The notes: generated from the sequence alone by a model not told the origin. A stretch of 64,000 bases of DNA from Deltaproteobacteria bacterium (GCA_019310385.1 JAFDEK010000004.1:476-64475), one strand, 5' to 3'. Counted from the stretch's first letter, positions 16,833 to 25,874 are shown. Translations and numbers: made by a program.

Positions 16833-17603
16833 CTAATCGGTGAGACGTCGCCCGGCGGTGAAGCCGCCGTCCACCACGAGGGAGTGGCCGGTTACGAAGG
16901 AGGCGTCGTCGGAGACGAGGAAGAGGGCCGCAGCGGCGACCTCTTCGGGCTTTCCCGCGCGCCCCAACATGTGGGAGCGCACGAACTTGTCGCGCATCTC
17001 CTTGAGCTCGTCCATGTGGAGGATGGCGGTCATGGGCGTGTCGATGAGGCCCGGGCACAGGCAGTTGACGCGGATGCCGAACTGACCGTAGTCGATTGCC
17101 ATGTTCTTCGTGAGGAGGACGACGCCGCCCTTGGAGGCGTTGTAGGCCGCCTGGGACGGGAAGGCCTCGAGGCCCTCGATGCTGGCGAGGTTCACGATGC
17201 TCCCCGAGCCCTGCTCGAGCATGTGCTTCACGACGTGCTTCGAGGCGATGTAGGTGCCCTTGAGATTGATATCGATCACACGGTCCCACTCGCTGACCTC
17301 GAGGTCGCCGACGGTGCCCGCGGCGCTCACGCCCGCGGAGTTCACCAGGATATCGATGCGGCCGAAGCGCTCCGCCGCGGCCCCCGCGGCGGCCTCGACG
17401 GACGCCTCGTCGCGCACGTCGCCCTCGCTGAAGTGGGCCTCGGGGTCGAGGGCGAGAAGCTCCTGCCATAGCTCGTCGGCGGGCTTGGCGATGTCGAAGC
17501 CCGCAATCTTCGCCCCCTCCCGGGCGAAGCGTTTCGCGCACGCCATGCCGATGCCAGAGGCCGCGCCGGTGATGAATGCAATCTGACCTTCGAGGCGTCC
17601 CAT
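16833..17603 (-). CDS. SDR family oxidoreductase
   Basis: An internal ATG at 17603 gives MGRLEGQIAFITGAASGIGMA...; YNASKGG is present. The longer ORF to 17876 runs through the repeat array and is a shadow. Confidence 0.9.
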   Translation of the reverse strand: MGRLEGQIAFITGAASGIGMACAKRFAREGAKIAGFDIAKPADELWQELLALDPEAHFSEGDVRDEASVEAAAGAAAERFGRIDILVNSAGVSAAGTVGDLEVSEWDRVIDINLKGTYIASKHVVKHMLEQGSGSIVNLASIEGLEAFPSQAAYNASKGGVVLLTKNMAIDYGQFGIRVNCLCPGLIDTPMTAILHMDELKEMRDKFVRSHMLGRAGKPEEVAAAALFLVSDDASFVTGHSLVVDGGFTAGRRLTD

Positions 17604-17720
17604 GCTCTCTCTCCTTGCTCTCGCGCTTCGCTGCAGCGCTCGGCTTGCTCGGGTCCGGTGCCGGGGCGACGGACGCCACGGCGGGACCGTGAGCATCACA
17701 GAGGCCCGGAGCGGGGGCAA

Positions 17721-17789
17721 GGCGGCCAAGATGCGTATCCTCGCCCGCCGCCGCGAGGCGGCAAGATGCGTATCCTCGCCCGCCGCCGC
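17721..17789 (+). repeat. hairpin-repeat array A1 (2 units of 35 bp; core GCGTATCCTCGCC + GCCGCC-GCGA-GGCGGC)
   Basis: Cores at 17733 and 17768. It lies between the divergent SDR (start 17603, minus) and ilvD (start 17894, plus). Confidence 0.9.
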
Positions 17790-17893
17790 TTCGCCCGGGC
17801 CCCTGGGGCGGGCTAAGCTTCCCGATCGGCCCCGCCACCCGGTCCCCGCGACCACTCCCACCGGCGTAGGTCTCACGGAGCAGGAATCCAGCC

Positions 17894-19576
17894 ATGACCC
17901 AGAAGCTCAACAAGTACAGCGCCCGCATCACCCAGGAGAAGGCCCAGGGGGCCTCCCAGGCCATGCTCTACGCGACTGGCCTCACCGATGCCGACATGGA
18001 CAAGGCCCAGGTGGGCATTTCGAGCGTCTGGTACGAAGGCAACTCCTGCAACATGCACCTGAACGACCTGGCCGCCAAGGTGAAGCAGGGCGTGGTGGCC
18101 GCGGATCTGGTGGGCATGCGTTTCAACACCATCGGGGTCTCCGATGGCATCTCCATGGGGACCCGGGGCATGAGCTACTCCCTGCAGTCCCGTGACCTCA
18201 TCGCCGACTCCATCGAGACGGTGATGTGCGCCCAGTGGTACGACGCCAACATTTCTCTGCCGGGCTGCGACAAGAACATGCCCGGGTGCCTGATGGCCAT
18301 GGCTCGGGTGAATCGTCCCGCGCTGATGGTCTACGGGGGAACGATCAAGCCCGGGACCAGTCGCTCGGGCGATCCCCTCGACGTCGTGTCGGCCTTTCAG
18401 TGCTATGGCGAGTTCCTGGCCGGGAACATCGACGAGGAGGAGCGCGGCCAGATCGTGCGACGCTCCTGCCCGGGGGCTGGGGCATGCGGGGGCATGTATA
18501 CGGCGAACACCATGGCGTGTGCGATCGAGGCGCTGGGGATGTCTCTGCCCTACAGCTCGTCGACTCCGGCCGAGGATCCGGGCAAGCTCGAAGAGTGCTT
18601 CCGGGCTGGCGAGGCGATCCGCATGCTGCTCGAGCGCGACATCAAGCCCAGTGACATCATGACGCGCGATGCCTTCGAGAACGCCATGGTGGTCGTGACG
18701 GTGCTCGGCGGATCGACCAACGCCGTTCTTCACCTCATCGCCATGGCGAAGGCCGTGGGGGTCGAGCTGGGGATCGAAGACTTCCAGAAGGTGAGCGACC
18801 GTACGCCCTTCCTGGGCGATCTGAAGCCCAGCGGGACCTACGTGATGGAGGACCTCCACAACGTGGGCGGAACGCCTGCGCTGATTCGCTACCTGCTCGA
18901 GCGGGGCGTGCTCCACGGCGACTGCCTCACGGTGACGGGCCAGACGCTGGCGGAAAACGTCGAGGGGCTTCCGGGCCTGAGTGAAGGGCAGAAGGTCATT
19001 CGCCCGTGGGACGACCCGATCCTCCCCAATGGCCACATCCAGATCCTGCGCGGCAATTTCGCGCCCGATGGCGCGGTGGCGAAGATCACCGGCAAGGAGG
19101 GGCTCAGCTTCTCCGGGCCCGCCCAGGTCTTCGACCAGGAAGAGGAGATGCTGGCCGCCGTCGAGCAGGGCAAGGTGAAGAAGGGCAACGTGATCGTGAT
19201 TCGTTACGAGGGGCCCAAGGGTGGGCCGGGCATGCCCGAGATGCTGACGCCGACCTCGGTCATCATGGGGGCCGGGCTCGGCCAGGACGTAGCGCTCATC
19301 ACCGACGGCCGCTTCTCGGGGGGCTCCCACGGCTTCATCATCGGCCACGTGACGCCCGAGGCCCAGGAGGGCGGCCCGATCGCCCTGGTGCAGGACGGCG
19401 ACCTGATCAGCATCGACGCCAAGACCCAATCCATCGAGGTGGACGTCAGCGACGACGAACTCGCCCGCCGCCGCGCCGCCTGGACCGCGCCCCCCCTACG
19501 CGCCACCCGAGGCACCCTCTACAAATATATCAAGACCGTAAAATCCGCCTCCGAAGGCTGCGTCACCGACGAATAA
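17894..19576 (+). CDS. ilvD: dihydroxy-acid dehydratase
   Basis: 560 aa. [14 protein letters not shown]..., CDKNMPG, ...[21 protein letters not shown] are all IlvD hallmarks. Confidence 0.95.
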   Translation: MTQKLNKYSARITQEKAQGASQAMLYATGLTDADMDKAQVGISSVWYEGNSCNMHLNDLAAKVKQGVVAADLVGMRFNTIGVSDGISMGTRGMSYSLQSRDLIADSIETVMCAQWYDANISLPGCDKNMPGCLMAMARVNRPALMVYGGTIKPGTSRSGDPLDVVSAFQCYGEFLAGNIDEEERGQIVRRSCPGAGACGGMYTANTMACAIEALGMSLPYSSSTPAEDPGKLEECFRAGEAIRMLLERDIKPSDIMTRDAFENAMVVVTVLGGSTNAVLHLIAMAKAVGVELGIEDFQKVSDRTPFLGDLKPSGTYVMEDLHNVGGTPALIRYLLERGVLHGDCLTVTGQTLAENVEGLPGLSEGQKVIRPWDDPILPNGHIQILRGNFAPDGAVAKITGKEGLSFSGPAQVFDQEEEMLAAVEQGKVKKGNVIVIRYEGPKGGPGMPEMLTPTSVIMGAGLGQDVALITDGRFSGGSHGFIIGHVTPEAQEGGPIALVQDGDLISIDAKTQSIEVDVSDDELARRRAAWTAPPLRATRGTLYKYIKTVKSASEGCVTDE

Positions 19577-19731
19577 CGCAAGGTCGGGGACGGTCCTTAA
19601 CGGAAGGCGGGGGAAATGGGGGGGGACGTTCCTTCCGAGGTTCCGTTCTGACGAGGCGTCACATCGGAAGTTCGGAAGGAACGTCCCCCCGTTTGTGGGC
19701 CTTCCGTTAAGGACCGTCCCCCCCGCTTGCG
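19577..19731. repeat. 155-bp nested imperfect palindrome filling the ilvD/SDR convergent gap (possible bidirectional terminator or palindromic element)
   Basis: Outer arms: CGCAAG...ACGGTCCTTAACGGAAGGC pairs with GCCTTCCGTTAAGGACCGT...CTTGCG. Inner arms: GGGGGGACGTTCCTTCCGA pairs with TCGGAAGGAACGTCCCCCC. Centre: TGACG-agg-CGTCA. Confidence 0.85.
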
Positions 19732-20496
19732 TTAGGAGAGGGCGCCGCCGTCGCAGCGGATTTCGGCGCCGTTGATGTGGGCGGCGTCGTCCGAGGCCAG
19801 GAAGGCGATGACGCTGGCGGCGTACTCGGGGCCGCGGAACTCGTCCAGGGGCATGACGCGCTGGAGTAGCGCGACGTCGGCGCCGTCGGGCAGCTTGAAC
19901 GCGCTCGTGATGGGGGTGGAGACGCTGCCCGGGCACACGGAGTTGGAGCGCAGCCCCTGCTTGCCGTACTCGACTGCGAGGCCCCGGGTGAAAGACAGCA
20001 CCCCGCCCTTGGCGGCCGCGTAGGCGGCCGTCCAGGGGTTGCCGCGCAGGGCCGAGGTGGACGACATGTTGACGATGTTTCCCTTGCTCTCGAGCAAGTG
20101 GGGAATCCCGGCCCGACACATCAGAAAGACGCCCGTGAGGTTCACGGCGATGAGCTGGTCCCACTTTTCGAGAGAGTGCTGATGGGTGTTCTCGAAATAG
20201 AGGATGCCCGCGATGTTGCACAGGGAGTCCAGGCGGCCAAAGTGCTCGACGGTCTTCTGCACCGTCGCCGCGCTCTCCTCGCGGCTGCTGACGTCGCAGG
20301 TCAGCGCAATGGCGTCGGCGCCCAGGGCTCGCGCCTCTTCGGCGGTGGCCTCGACGGCCTCCACCTGGACGTCCGCGCACGCAATAGAGGCGCCTTCCTC
20401 GGCCATGCGTAGGACGGTGGCCTTGCCGATCCCCGAGGCGGCACCGGTGAGAAGGACGACTCGGTCTTCGAAGCGTCGCATGAATGCTCCCTTCAT
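19732..20496 (-). CDS. SDR family oxidoreductase
   Basis: VVLLTGAASGIGKA, YAAAKGG. The start may be the second ATG at 20481. Confidence 0.85.
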   Translation of the reverse strand: MKGAFMRRFEDRVVLLTGAASGIGKATVLRMAEEGASIACADVQVEAVEATAEEARALGADAIALTCDVSSREESAATVQKTVEHFGRLDSLCNIAGILYFENTHQHSLEKWDQLIAVNLTGVFLMCRAGIPHLLESKGNIVNMSSTSALRGNPWTAAYAAAKGGVLSFTRGLAVEYGKQGLRSNSVCPGSVSTPITSAFKLPDGADVALLQRVMPLDEFRGPEYAASVIAFLASDDAAHINGAEIRCDGGALS

Positions 20497-21092
20497 GTTG
20501 GCGGCGTGAACTTGCGCAATTTGCGCTGGAGGCTCTGCCGGTGGATTCCGAGGCGTCGCGCCGCCTCGCTGATGTTACCCCCGCAGCGGGCCAGCACGTA
20601 CTCGATGTACTCGCGCTGGTGGCGGTCGAGGCTCTGGAACTCTTCGGGGATGTTCGAGGTGTCGAGGCCGCCCATGAGCAGCGCGCGCTCGAGCTCGTCG
20701 ATGTCGACGGGCTTGGTGAGGTAATCCACTGCCCCCTGCTTCACGGCCTGCACTGCCGTGGCGATGCTCGCATACCCGGTGAGGATGACGACCCGCGTCT
20801 GCGGCGAGCGCTCCCGGATGACCGCGATGGCGTCGAGGCCGCTGTCCTGACGCAGGCGCAGATCGACCACCGCATAGCCGATACCGGCGAGATCGAGGTC
20901 GTAGAGGGGCTCGATGGCGTTCACGTGCTCGACGTAATAGCCCCGGTCGCGGAATTCCTCCGCCAGGGTGTCGGCAAAGCGGTGGTCATCCTCGACGATG
21001 AGAAGCCCGGGGCTTTGCCGAGCGGCGGCTTCCCTTGCCCTTCCTCCGAGCTCGCCGTCGCTCCAGATGTCGTCCTGCTCTCGGTCTCTCAT
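20493..21092 (-). CDS. response regulator, RegA/PrrA/ActR-like (receiver + Fis-type HTH)
   Basis: Receiver domain (LLIVEDD...DLRL...LTGYASI..AV.A.K.GA.DYL.KP) with the C-terminal GGNISEAARRLGIHRQSLQRKL. It overlaps the kinase gene by 4 nt. Confidence 0.8.
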   Translation of the reverse strand: MRDREQDDIWSDGELGGRAREAAARQSPGLLIVEDDHRFADTLAEEFRDRGYYVEHVNAIEPLYDLDLAGIGYAVVDLRLRQDSGLDAIAVIRERSPQTRVVILTGYASIATAVQAVKQGAVDYLTKPVDIDELERALLMGGLDTSNIPEEFQSLDRHQREYIEYVLARCGGNISEAARRLGIHRQSLQRKLRKFTPPT

Positions 21093-22384
21093 CCGACGGC
21101 CTCTCGGGTGGTGAGGGCGGGCAGCGAGACGCGCGCCGTTGCGCCGCCACCCCTGCGATCCTCGAGGACCAGCTCGGCCCCCACCGCCTCCACGAAGCTG
21201 TGAACATAGTAGAGTCCGAGTCCTCCGCCCTCGGGCTTGGTGGTGACGAAGGGCTCGCCGAGGTGCTCGCGCACCACCTCGGGCCAGCCCGCTCCGCGGT
21301 CGTGTACGCAGACGTCGATGCGGTCACCGCGGCTGCGCACTTCCACGTCGACGTGCTCCTGGGCAGGCGTGGTTTCCTGGGCGTTCTCGATAAGGTTGAG
21401 GAGCGCATGGGAGAAGGCGAATTGGGGGAGCAGGGCGCGTCGCGGCATCTGATCCTGTCTCTCGAAGTGCACGTCGGCCAGTGCCTCTTGGGCCGCCCCG
21501 GTCACGCTCGCGCAGACGCTCTCCACCAGCGTGTCGACGTCGACGGCTTCGAGCTCCAGGGCTTCGGGCCGCAGCTGCGAGCCCGCCATGCGGCGTAGGA
21601 TGTCCCCGCAGCGCTCCAGGGCTTCGTTCGCCAGCTCGAGGTCGGGGTCGCTCGCGATGTTTCGATTGCGCGCCAGGCGCGTCAGCCGAAGCTGAGCGGT
21701 ATTGAGAGGCGTCGCGAATTCGTGGCAGGTGCCGGCCGCCAGTGCGCCCACGGCCCGGAGGCGGTCGACGCGGGTCTTGCGTTCGCTCAGCAAGGCGAAG
21801 CTGTTCTGCAATGCGATCAGCGTGCGGGATAGCGAAACGGTGAGCAGCCAGAACGCCACCGCGATGGCGAGCTGCGCGGGGATGAGGACACGCGGGGGAA
21901 GCAGTGCCTCCTCGAGGCCAGGGGGAATGTGGGGCCGGAGCTGGATGAGTCCCAGACAGGCGAGCAGCAAGCCGAAGAAGAAGAGGCCGAGTCCACCCTC
22001 GAGCAGCAGGGCGCCGAGGGCCACATGGACGAAGAGAATCGGGGCCAGGGGATTCCACGCGCCTCCCGTGATGCCCAGCAGCCCGGTCAGGGCCGCGACG
22101 TCGGCGCTCAGCTGCAGCAGCACCAAGCCGGGCTGGACCCGCCCGCCTCGCAGCAGGTAGACCCGGGTGCCGGCGTTGAGGATCACCAGTGAGGCCGTGA
22201 TGCCGAGGAAGGGGGGGAGCAGACGCGGCTCGAGGAGCCTCAGCTCCAAGGCCGGCGCGACCGCGAGCAGCTGGGCCGCCACGGCGATCCAGCGCAGGCG
22301 CACGATCCACACGAGCTTGGCGGCAGCGTGGGTGGGCGCAGCGGAGATGGGGGGCTCGAGGAAGGAGCGGATGGTTTCGGACAT
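21089..22384 (-). CDS. membrane sensor histidine kinase, RegB/PrrB/ActS-like
   Basis: An internal ATG at 22384 (MSETIRSF...) is followed by 6 TM segments. It has a GGAWNPL loop (compare the RegB quinone-site GGxxNPF), the H-box CHEFATPLN, a Cys in LERCGDIL, and an ATPase G-box GGGLGLY. Confidence 0.8.
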   Translation of the reverse strand: MSETIRSFLEPPISAAPTHAAAKLVWIVRLRWIAVAAQLLAVAPALELRLLEPRLLPPFLGITASLVILNAGTRVYLLRGGRVQPGLVLLQLSADVAALTGLLGITGGAWNPLAPILFVHVALGALLLEGGLGLFFFGLLLACLGLIQLRPHIPPGLEEALLPPRVLIPAQLAIAVAFWLLTVSLSRTLIALQNSFALLSERKTRVDRLRAVGALAAGTCHEFATPLNTAQLRLTRLARNRNIASDPDLELANEALERCGDILRRMAGSQLRPEALELEAVDVDTLVESVCASVTGAAQEALADVHFERQDQMPRRALLPQFAFSHALLNLIENAQETTPAQEHVDVEVRSRGDRIDVCVHDRGAGWPEVVREHLGEPFVTTKPEGGGLGLYYVHSFVEAVGAELVLEDRRGGGATARVSLPALTTREAVG

Positions 22385-22478
22385 TTCGACGGGGACCGGG
22401 GTTGCGCGCGGGGCTGCGGCGACGGGCAGCGTAGCGCAGGCGCGTGTCGGGCCGGTGGCGCTCGCTTCGAGCGTAGGG

Positions 22479-22501
22479 GTATAATTCTGACGATTCGTCA
22501 G
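22479..22501 (+). promoter_or_regulatory. perfect -10 box (TATAAT) abutting a 17-bp palindrome TCTGACGA-T-TCGTCAGA; candidate TetR operator
   Basis: TATAAT at 22479-22484 is exceptional in this GC context. A perfect 8+1+8 inverted repeat follows at 22485-22501. The site is about 140 nt upstream of the TetR gene and its downstream DUF35-thiolase gene. The -35 is weak. Confidence 0.45.
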
Positions 22502-22641
22502 ATTGCCTTTCGCGTCGAGTCGGCGACAGATCGGTGAAACCGGAAGGGCTCGAAGCTCGTAAAGAGCCCGTCTGGCATCGGGTTGGCGGCAGAGCGAAGG
22601 CGTCGAGGTGATCGCCTCGTCTGGCGAGCGGAGGTCGGGTC

Positions 22642-23328
22642 GTGATGCGAGCGGACACGAGAGGCGAAGAGCCGGCCGCAAAGGGCGGCGCCAAGGGTCT
22701 CGTGGATCAGAGCGGTCGCGTGCTGGGACCGCGCGCCCAGGAGACCCGCCAACGACTGCTCGACGCCACTTCTTCGCTGCTCGCCGAGCAGAGTCTGCGC
22801 GAGCTGCGCGTGATCGACATCGCGCGCAAGATCGGCGCGGCGCCCGCGACCTTCTACCAGTACTTCAAGGACGTGGAGGGCGCGGTTCTCACTCTCGCGG
22901 ATCAGGCCAGCGACGAGATGCCGGCGGTGATCACGCTGATCGAGGGGGACTGGGAGGGCGAGGCAGGAATGGAGCGGGCGCGTAGCGTCGTCGACGTCTT
23001 CATCGCCCACTGGGACGCCTATCACGCCATCCTGCGCGTGCGCAACCTGGCCGCCGACGAGGGCGATGTCCGCTTCCGGGCGGTGCGTGCCCGGGCCATG
23101 CGGCCCGTCATCGCGGCCCTCGCGAGTCGCGTCGCGGCCGCGCAGGCGGCAGGGAAGCTGCGCAGCGGCGATCATCCCCACGCTGCCGCGGCCGCCATGG
23201 CGGCCATCCTCGAGCGCCTCGCCGCCTACCACCGGGAGCTCGAAGTATTCGGAGTGACCCGGGAGGACCTGGTCGAAACCTCGGCCCATATTCTCTACCG
23301 CACGCTGACGGGTGAGAGCGCTCCCTGA
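22642..23328 (+). CDS. TetR/AcrR family transcriptional regulator
   Basis: GGAGG RBS. TRQRLLDATSSLLAEQSLRELRVIDIARKIGAAPATFYQYFKDVE is a TetR-type HTH. Confidence 0.85.
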   Translation: MMRADTRGEEPAAKGGAKGLVDQSGRVLGPRAQETRQRLLDATSSLLAEQSLRELRVIDIARKIGAAPATFYQYFKDVEGAVLTLADQASDEMPAVITLIEGDWEGEAGMERARSVVDVFIAHWDAYHAILRVRNLAADEGDVRFRAVRARAMRPVIAALASRVAAAQAAGKLRSGDHPHAAAAAMAAILERLAAYHRELEVFGVTREDLVETSAHILYRTLTGESAP

Positions 23329-23400
23329 CGGCGGGCACCCCGAAGCCGAGGCCCGCGAGGGCTCGAAACACGTCTCTTCGCCGGAGCCCGAGAGCGCCCC

Positions 23401-25116
23401 ATGACTGAGAAGCCCGTTCGCATCCTTCCCCTGGTCAATGACGAGAACCGTCACTTCTGGGAGGGCGGCGCCGAGGGCGAGCTGCGCTTCCTCTGCTGCG
23501 ACGCCTGCAGCTACTACGTGCACCCTCCCGCGCCGGTGTGCCCGGAGTGCCTCGGCCGCGAGCTCTCGCCTCGAGCGGTCTCGGGTCGGGGAGTGGTGCA
23601 CACCTACACGGTGAACCACCAGCCGTGGATCCCGGGCTTCGATCCCCCCTACGTGGTCGCGATCGTCGAGCTGGAGGATCAGCCCGGCCTGCGTCTTACC
23701 ACGAACCTCAGCCACTGCGAGATCGACGCGGTCTCCATCGGCATGCCGGTGCAGGTCTGCTTCGAAGAGATCGCCGACGACCTGTACCTTCCTCTCTTCG
23801 AGCCCGCCGCTGGCGCCTTCGAGCCCGCCGCTGGCGCCTTTGAGCCCGCCGCTGGCGCCGATTCCCCGCTGCCCTCCGCGCGGCTGCACCGCCCGACGCC
23901 GCCAAAGAGCGCGCGGGGCATGCACGCGGGGCTCGAGGGCAAGGCGGCCCTGACGGGCATCGGGCAGTCCCAGGTGGGACGGCGCCTCAATCGCGACCCC
24001 ATGGAGCTGACCATCGACGCCTGCCTCGAAGCCATCGCGGACGCCGGGCTGCGCCGCGAGGACATCGATGGGCTCTCCACCTACCCCGGTAGCGGGATCA
24101 CAGGCGCGCCGGGCTTCACCGGCGCCGGAGTCGTCGAGGTGCAGGACGCCCTGCGCCTCGAGCTGAACTGGTTCTGCGGCGGGCCGGAGCTGCCGGGTCA
24201 GCTCGGCTCGGTGATCAACGCCTGTGCGGCCGTGGCGACAGGCCTCGCCCGTCACGTGCTCTGCTTCCGAACGGTCTGGGAATCGACAGCCCAGGGTGGC
24301 GGTCGCCGGGCTGGGATCGGCGCAGGCGGCGGCGGGCGCTTCCGGGCCAGCGGCAACATGCAGTGGACCCTGCCCTTCGGCGCGGCCTCGGCCGCGGTGT
24401 GGATCGCCATGATGGCGCGCCGACACTTTCACGAGTACGGAACGACCCGGGAACAGATGGCGCAGATCGCCCTCAATGCGCGCCGCAACGCGGGGCTCAA
24501 CCCCAAGGCGATCTATCGCGACCCCATGAGTCTCGCTGACTACATGGACGTGCGCATGATTTCGACGCCCTTCTGCCTCTACGACTGCGATGCGCCCGTG
24601 GACGGCTCCACGGCGGTGATCGTGTCGGCCGTCGATGCCGCGCGGGATCTGCGCAGGCCGCCGCTGCGGGTCGAGGCCGTGGGCTCGGCGATCCACGGCC
24701 GGCCTTCCTGGGATCAGTGGGACGACCTCACCACCATGGCGCTGCGCGACGCCGGCGCCATGCTCTGGCGACGTACGGCCCTGGGGCCCGCGGACGTGGA
24801 TGTCGCCGAGCTCTACGACGGCTTCAGCTTCATCACCATGGCGTGGCTCGAAGCTCTGGGCTTCTGCGGCCAGGGCGAGAGCGGCGATTTCATCGCGGAC
24901 GGAAAGCGCATCGCCCTCGACGGGGAGCTGCCGCTCAACACCCACGGCGGCCAGCTCTCGGCCGGCCGCCTTCACGGCTACGGCTTCCTCCACGAGGCCT
25001 GCGTGCAGCTCTGGGGCGAGGGCGGGGAGCGCCAGGTGGGCGGGGATCCGCGGGTCGCCGTCGCGGCCGCGGGCGGCGGGCCCCTGGGCGGCTGCCTGCT
25101 GCTCTCGCGTTCCTGA
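23401..25116 (+). CDS. fusion of DUF35 (Zn-ribbon/OB-fold) domain with a thiolase-like (SCP-x/lipid-transfer type) domain
   Basis: The N-terminal ~130 aa has FWEG...LRFLCCDAC.YYVHPPAPVCPECLG...G.V.TYT (DUF35). A (FEPAAGA)x3 linker follows. Then comes the thiolase fold (...GLSTYPG..., ...PLNTHGGQLS.G..HG...). Confidence 0.85.
   Translation: MTEKPVRILPLVNDENRHFWEGGAEGELRFLCCDACSYYVHPPAPVCPECLGRELSPRAVSGRGVVHTYTVNHQPWIPGFDPPYVVAIVELEDQPGLRLTTNLSHCEIDAVSIGMPVQVCFEEIADDLYLPLFEPAAGAFEPAAGAFEPAAGADSPLPSARLHRPTPPKSARGMHAGLEGKAALTGIGQSQVGRRLNRDPMELTIDACLEAIADAGLRREDIDGLSTYPGSGITGAPGFTGAGVVEVQDALRLELNWFCGGPELPGQLGSVINACAAVATGLARHVLCFRTVWESTAQGGGRRAGIGAGGGGRFRASGNMQWTLPFGAASAAVWIAMMARRHFHEYGTTREQMAQIALNARRNAGLNPKAIYRDPMSLADYMDVRMISTPFCLYDCDAPVDGSTAVIVSAVDAARDLRRPPLRVEAVGSAIHGRPSWDQWDDLTTMALRDAGAMLWRRTALGPADVDVAELYDGFSFITMAWLEALGFCGQGESGDFIADGKRIALDGELPLNTHGGQLSAGRLHGYGFLHEACVQLWGEGGERQVGGDPRVAVAAAGGGPLGGCLLLSRS
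23797..23859 (+). repeat. 21-bp coding tandem repeat x3 (FEPAAGA) forming the inter-domain linker
   Basis: ttcgagcccgccgctggcgcc repeated three times with one substitution. Confidence 0.9.
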
Positions 25117-25131
25117 GGCCCCTCTCTTCGA

Positions 25132-25151
25132 CCCAAGGGCCTGCGCTTGGG
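25132..25151 (+). terminator. possible stem-loop terminator after the DUF35-thiolase gene
   Basis: CCCAAG-ggcctgcg-CTTGGG begins 16 nt after the stop. There is no U-tract. Confidence 0.25.
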
Positions 25152-25346
25152 CCGGCAGTTGCGCAATCCTGCGCTTCGCCTGCGCGATACATGCGTGTGC
25201 TGACGCTCACATTCTCGCTACGGCGGGGAACCCGTCGTACCGATGGATTTCAAGGGGACTCGCGGTCGCGCTTCGGCGCCTTCCGCCGGGTCGTCCGAGG
25301 ACCGCCGGGGCCTTCGAGTACCACCGGGGCTCCCACGGAGAGTCGC

Positions 25347-25874
25347 ATGCAGAGGTCGGGGCGCGCTGGCGCCGGATTCACCATGATCGAACTCATGATC
25401 GTCATCGCGATCGTGGGTATGCTCGCCGCCGTGGCGATTCCCAACTACCTCCGCTTCCAGATGAAGGCCAAATCCTCCGAGGCCAAGGTGAATCTGGCCG
25501 CGATCCACACCGCGGAGGAGTCCTACTTCTCCGAGTTCGGCACCTATCTGCCTGCCACCGCCGAGCCGCCGGCGATTCCCGGCACCACGCGCACCGTTTT
25601 CGACATCGCGAACCCAGGCTTCCTGACCCTGGGCTGGCAGCCGGAAGGGACGGTCTTCTTCTCCTACGGGGTCGCGGTGTCCGGAGACAACACGGCGTAC
25701 ACGGCCGACGCCGGCGCAGACATCGACGGCAACAGCACGCCCCAGTACTGGGGCGTCGCGAAGCTCGATGCTGGCGGCTCGCCCGTTGCAGCCGAGGTCG
25801 GTTGCCCGGTGGCGACCCTCAGGCCCAGCCAGGTCGGCCCCTGCACGCCCCAGGCGGGCCAGAGCGTCTTCTAG
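25347..25874 (+). CDS. type IV pilin (prepilin with N-terminal methylation motif)
   Basis: An internal ATG at 25347 with GGAG upstream gives MQRSGRAGAGFTMIELMIVIAIVGMLAAVAIPNY, the class III signal G/FTxxE, plus a C-terminal Cys pair. Confidence 0.8.
   Translation: MQRSGRAGAGFTMIELMIVIAIVGMLAAVAIPNYLRFQMKAKSSEAKVNLAAIHTAEESYFSEFGTYLPATAEPPAIPGTTRTVFDIANPGFLTLGWQPEGTVFFSYGVAVSGDNTAYTADAGADIDGNSTPQYWGVAKLDAGGSPVAAEVGCPVATLRPSQVGPCTPQAGQSVF

Noticed and set aside
22498-24993. Very long antisense or alternative-frame ORFs. Examples are 22498..24993 (831 aa), 13985..16015, 57452..60349, 37939..39783, 46380..48308, 5426..6832, 17873..19429, 61612..62820, 42318..44339 (upstream part) and 28587..29795.
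   Set aside because: They lie opposite or out of frame to genes with clear family motifs. Their translations are Arg/Gly/Pro/Ala-rich and low in complexity, with no recognisable domains. This is the typical shadow-ORF behaviour of about 70% GC DNA.
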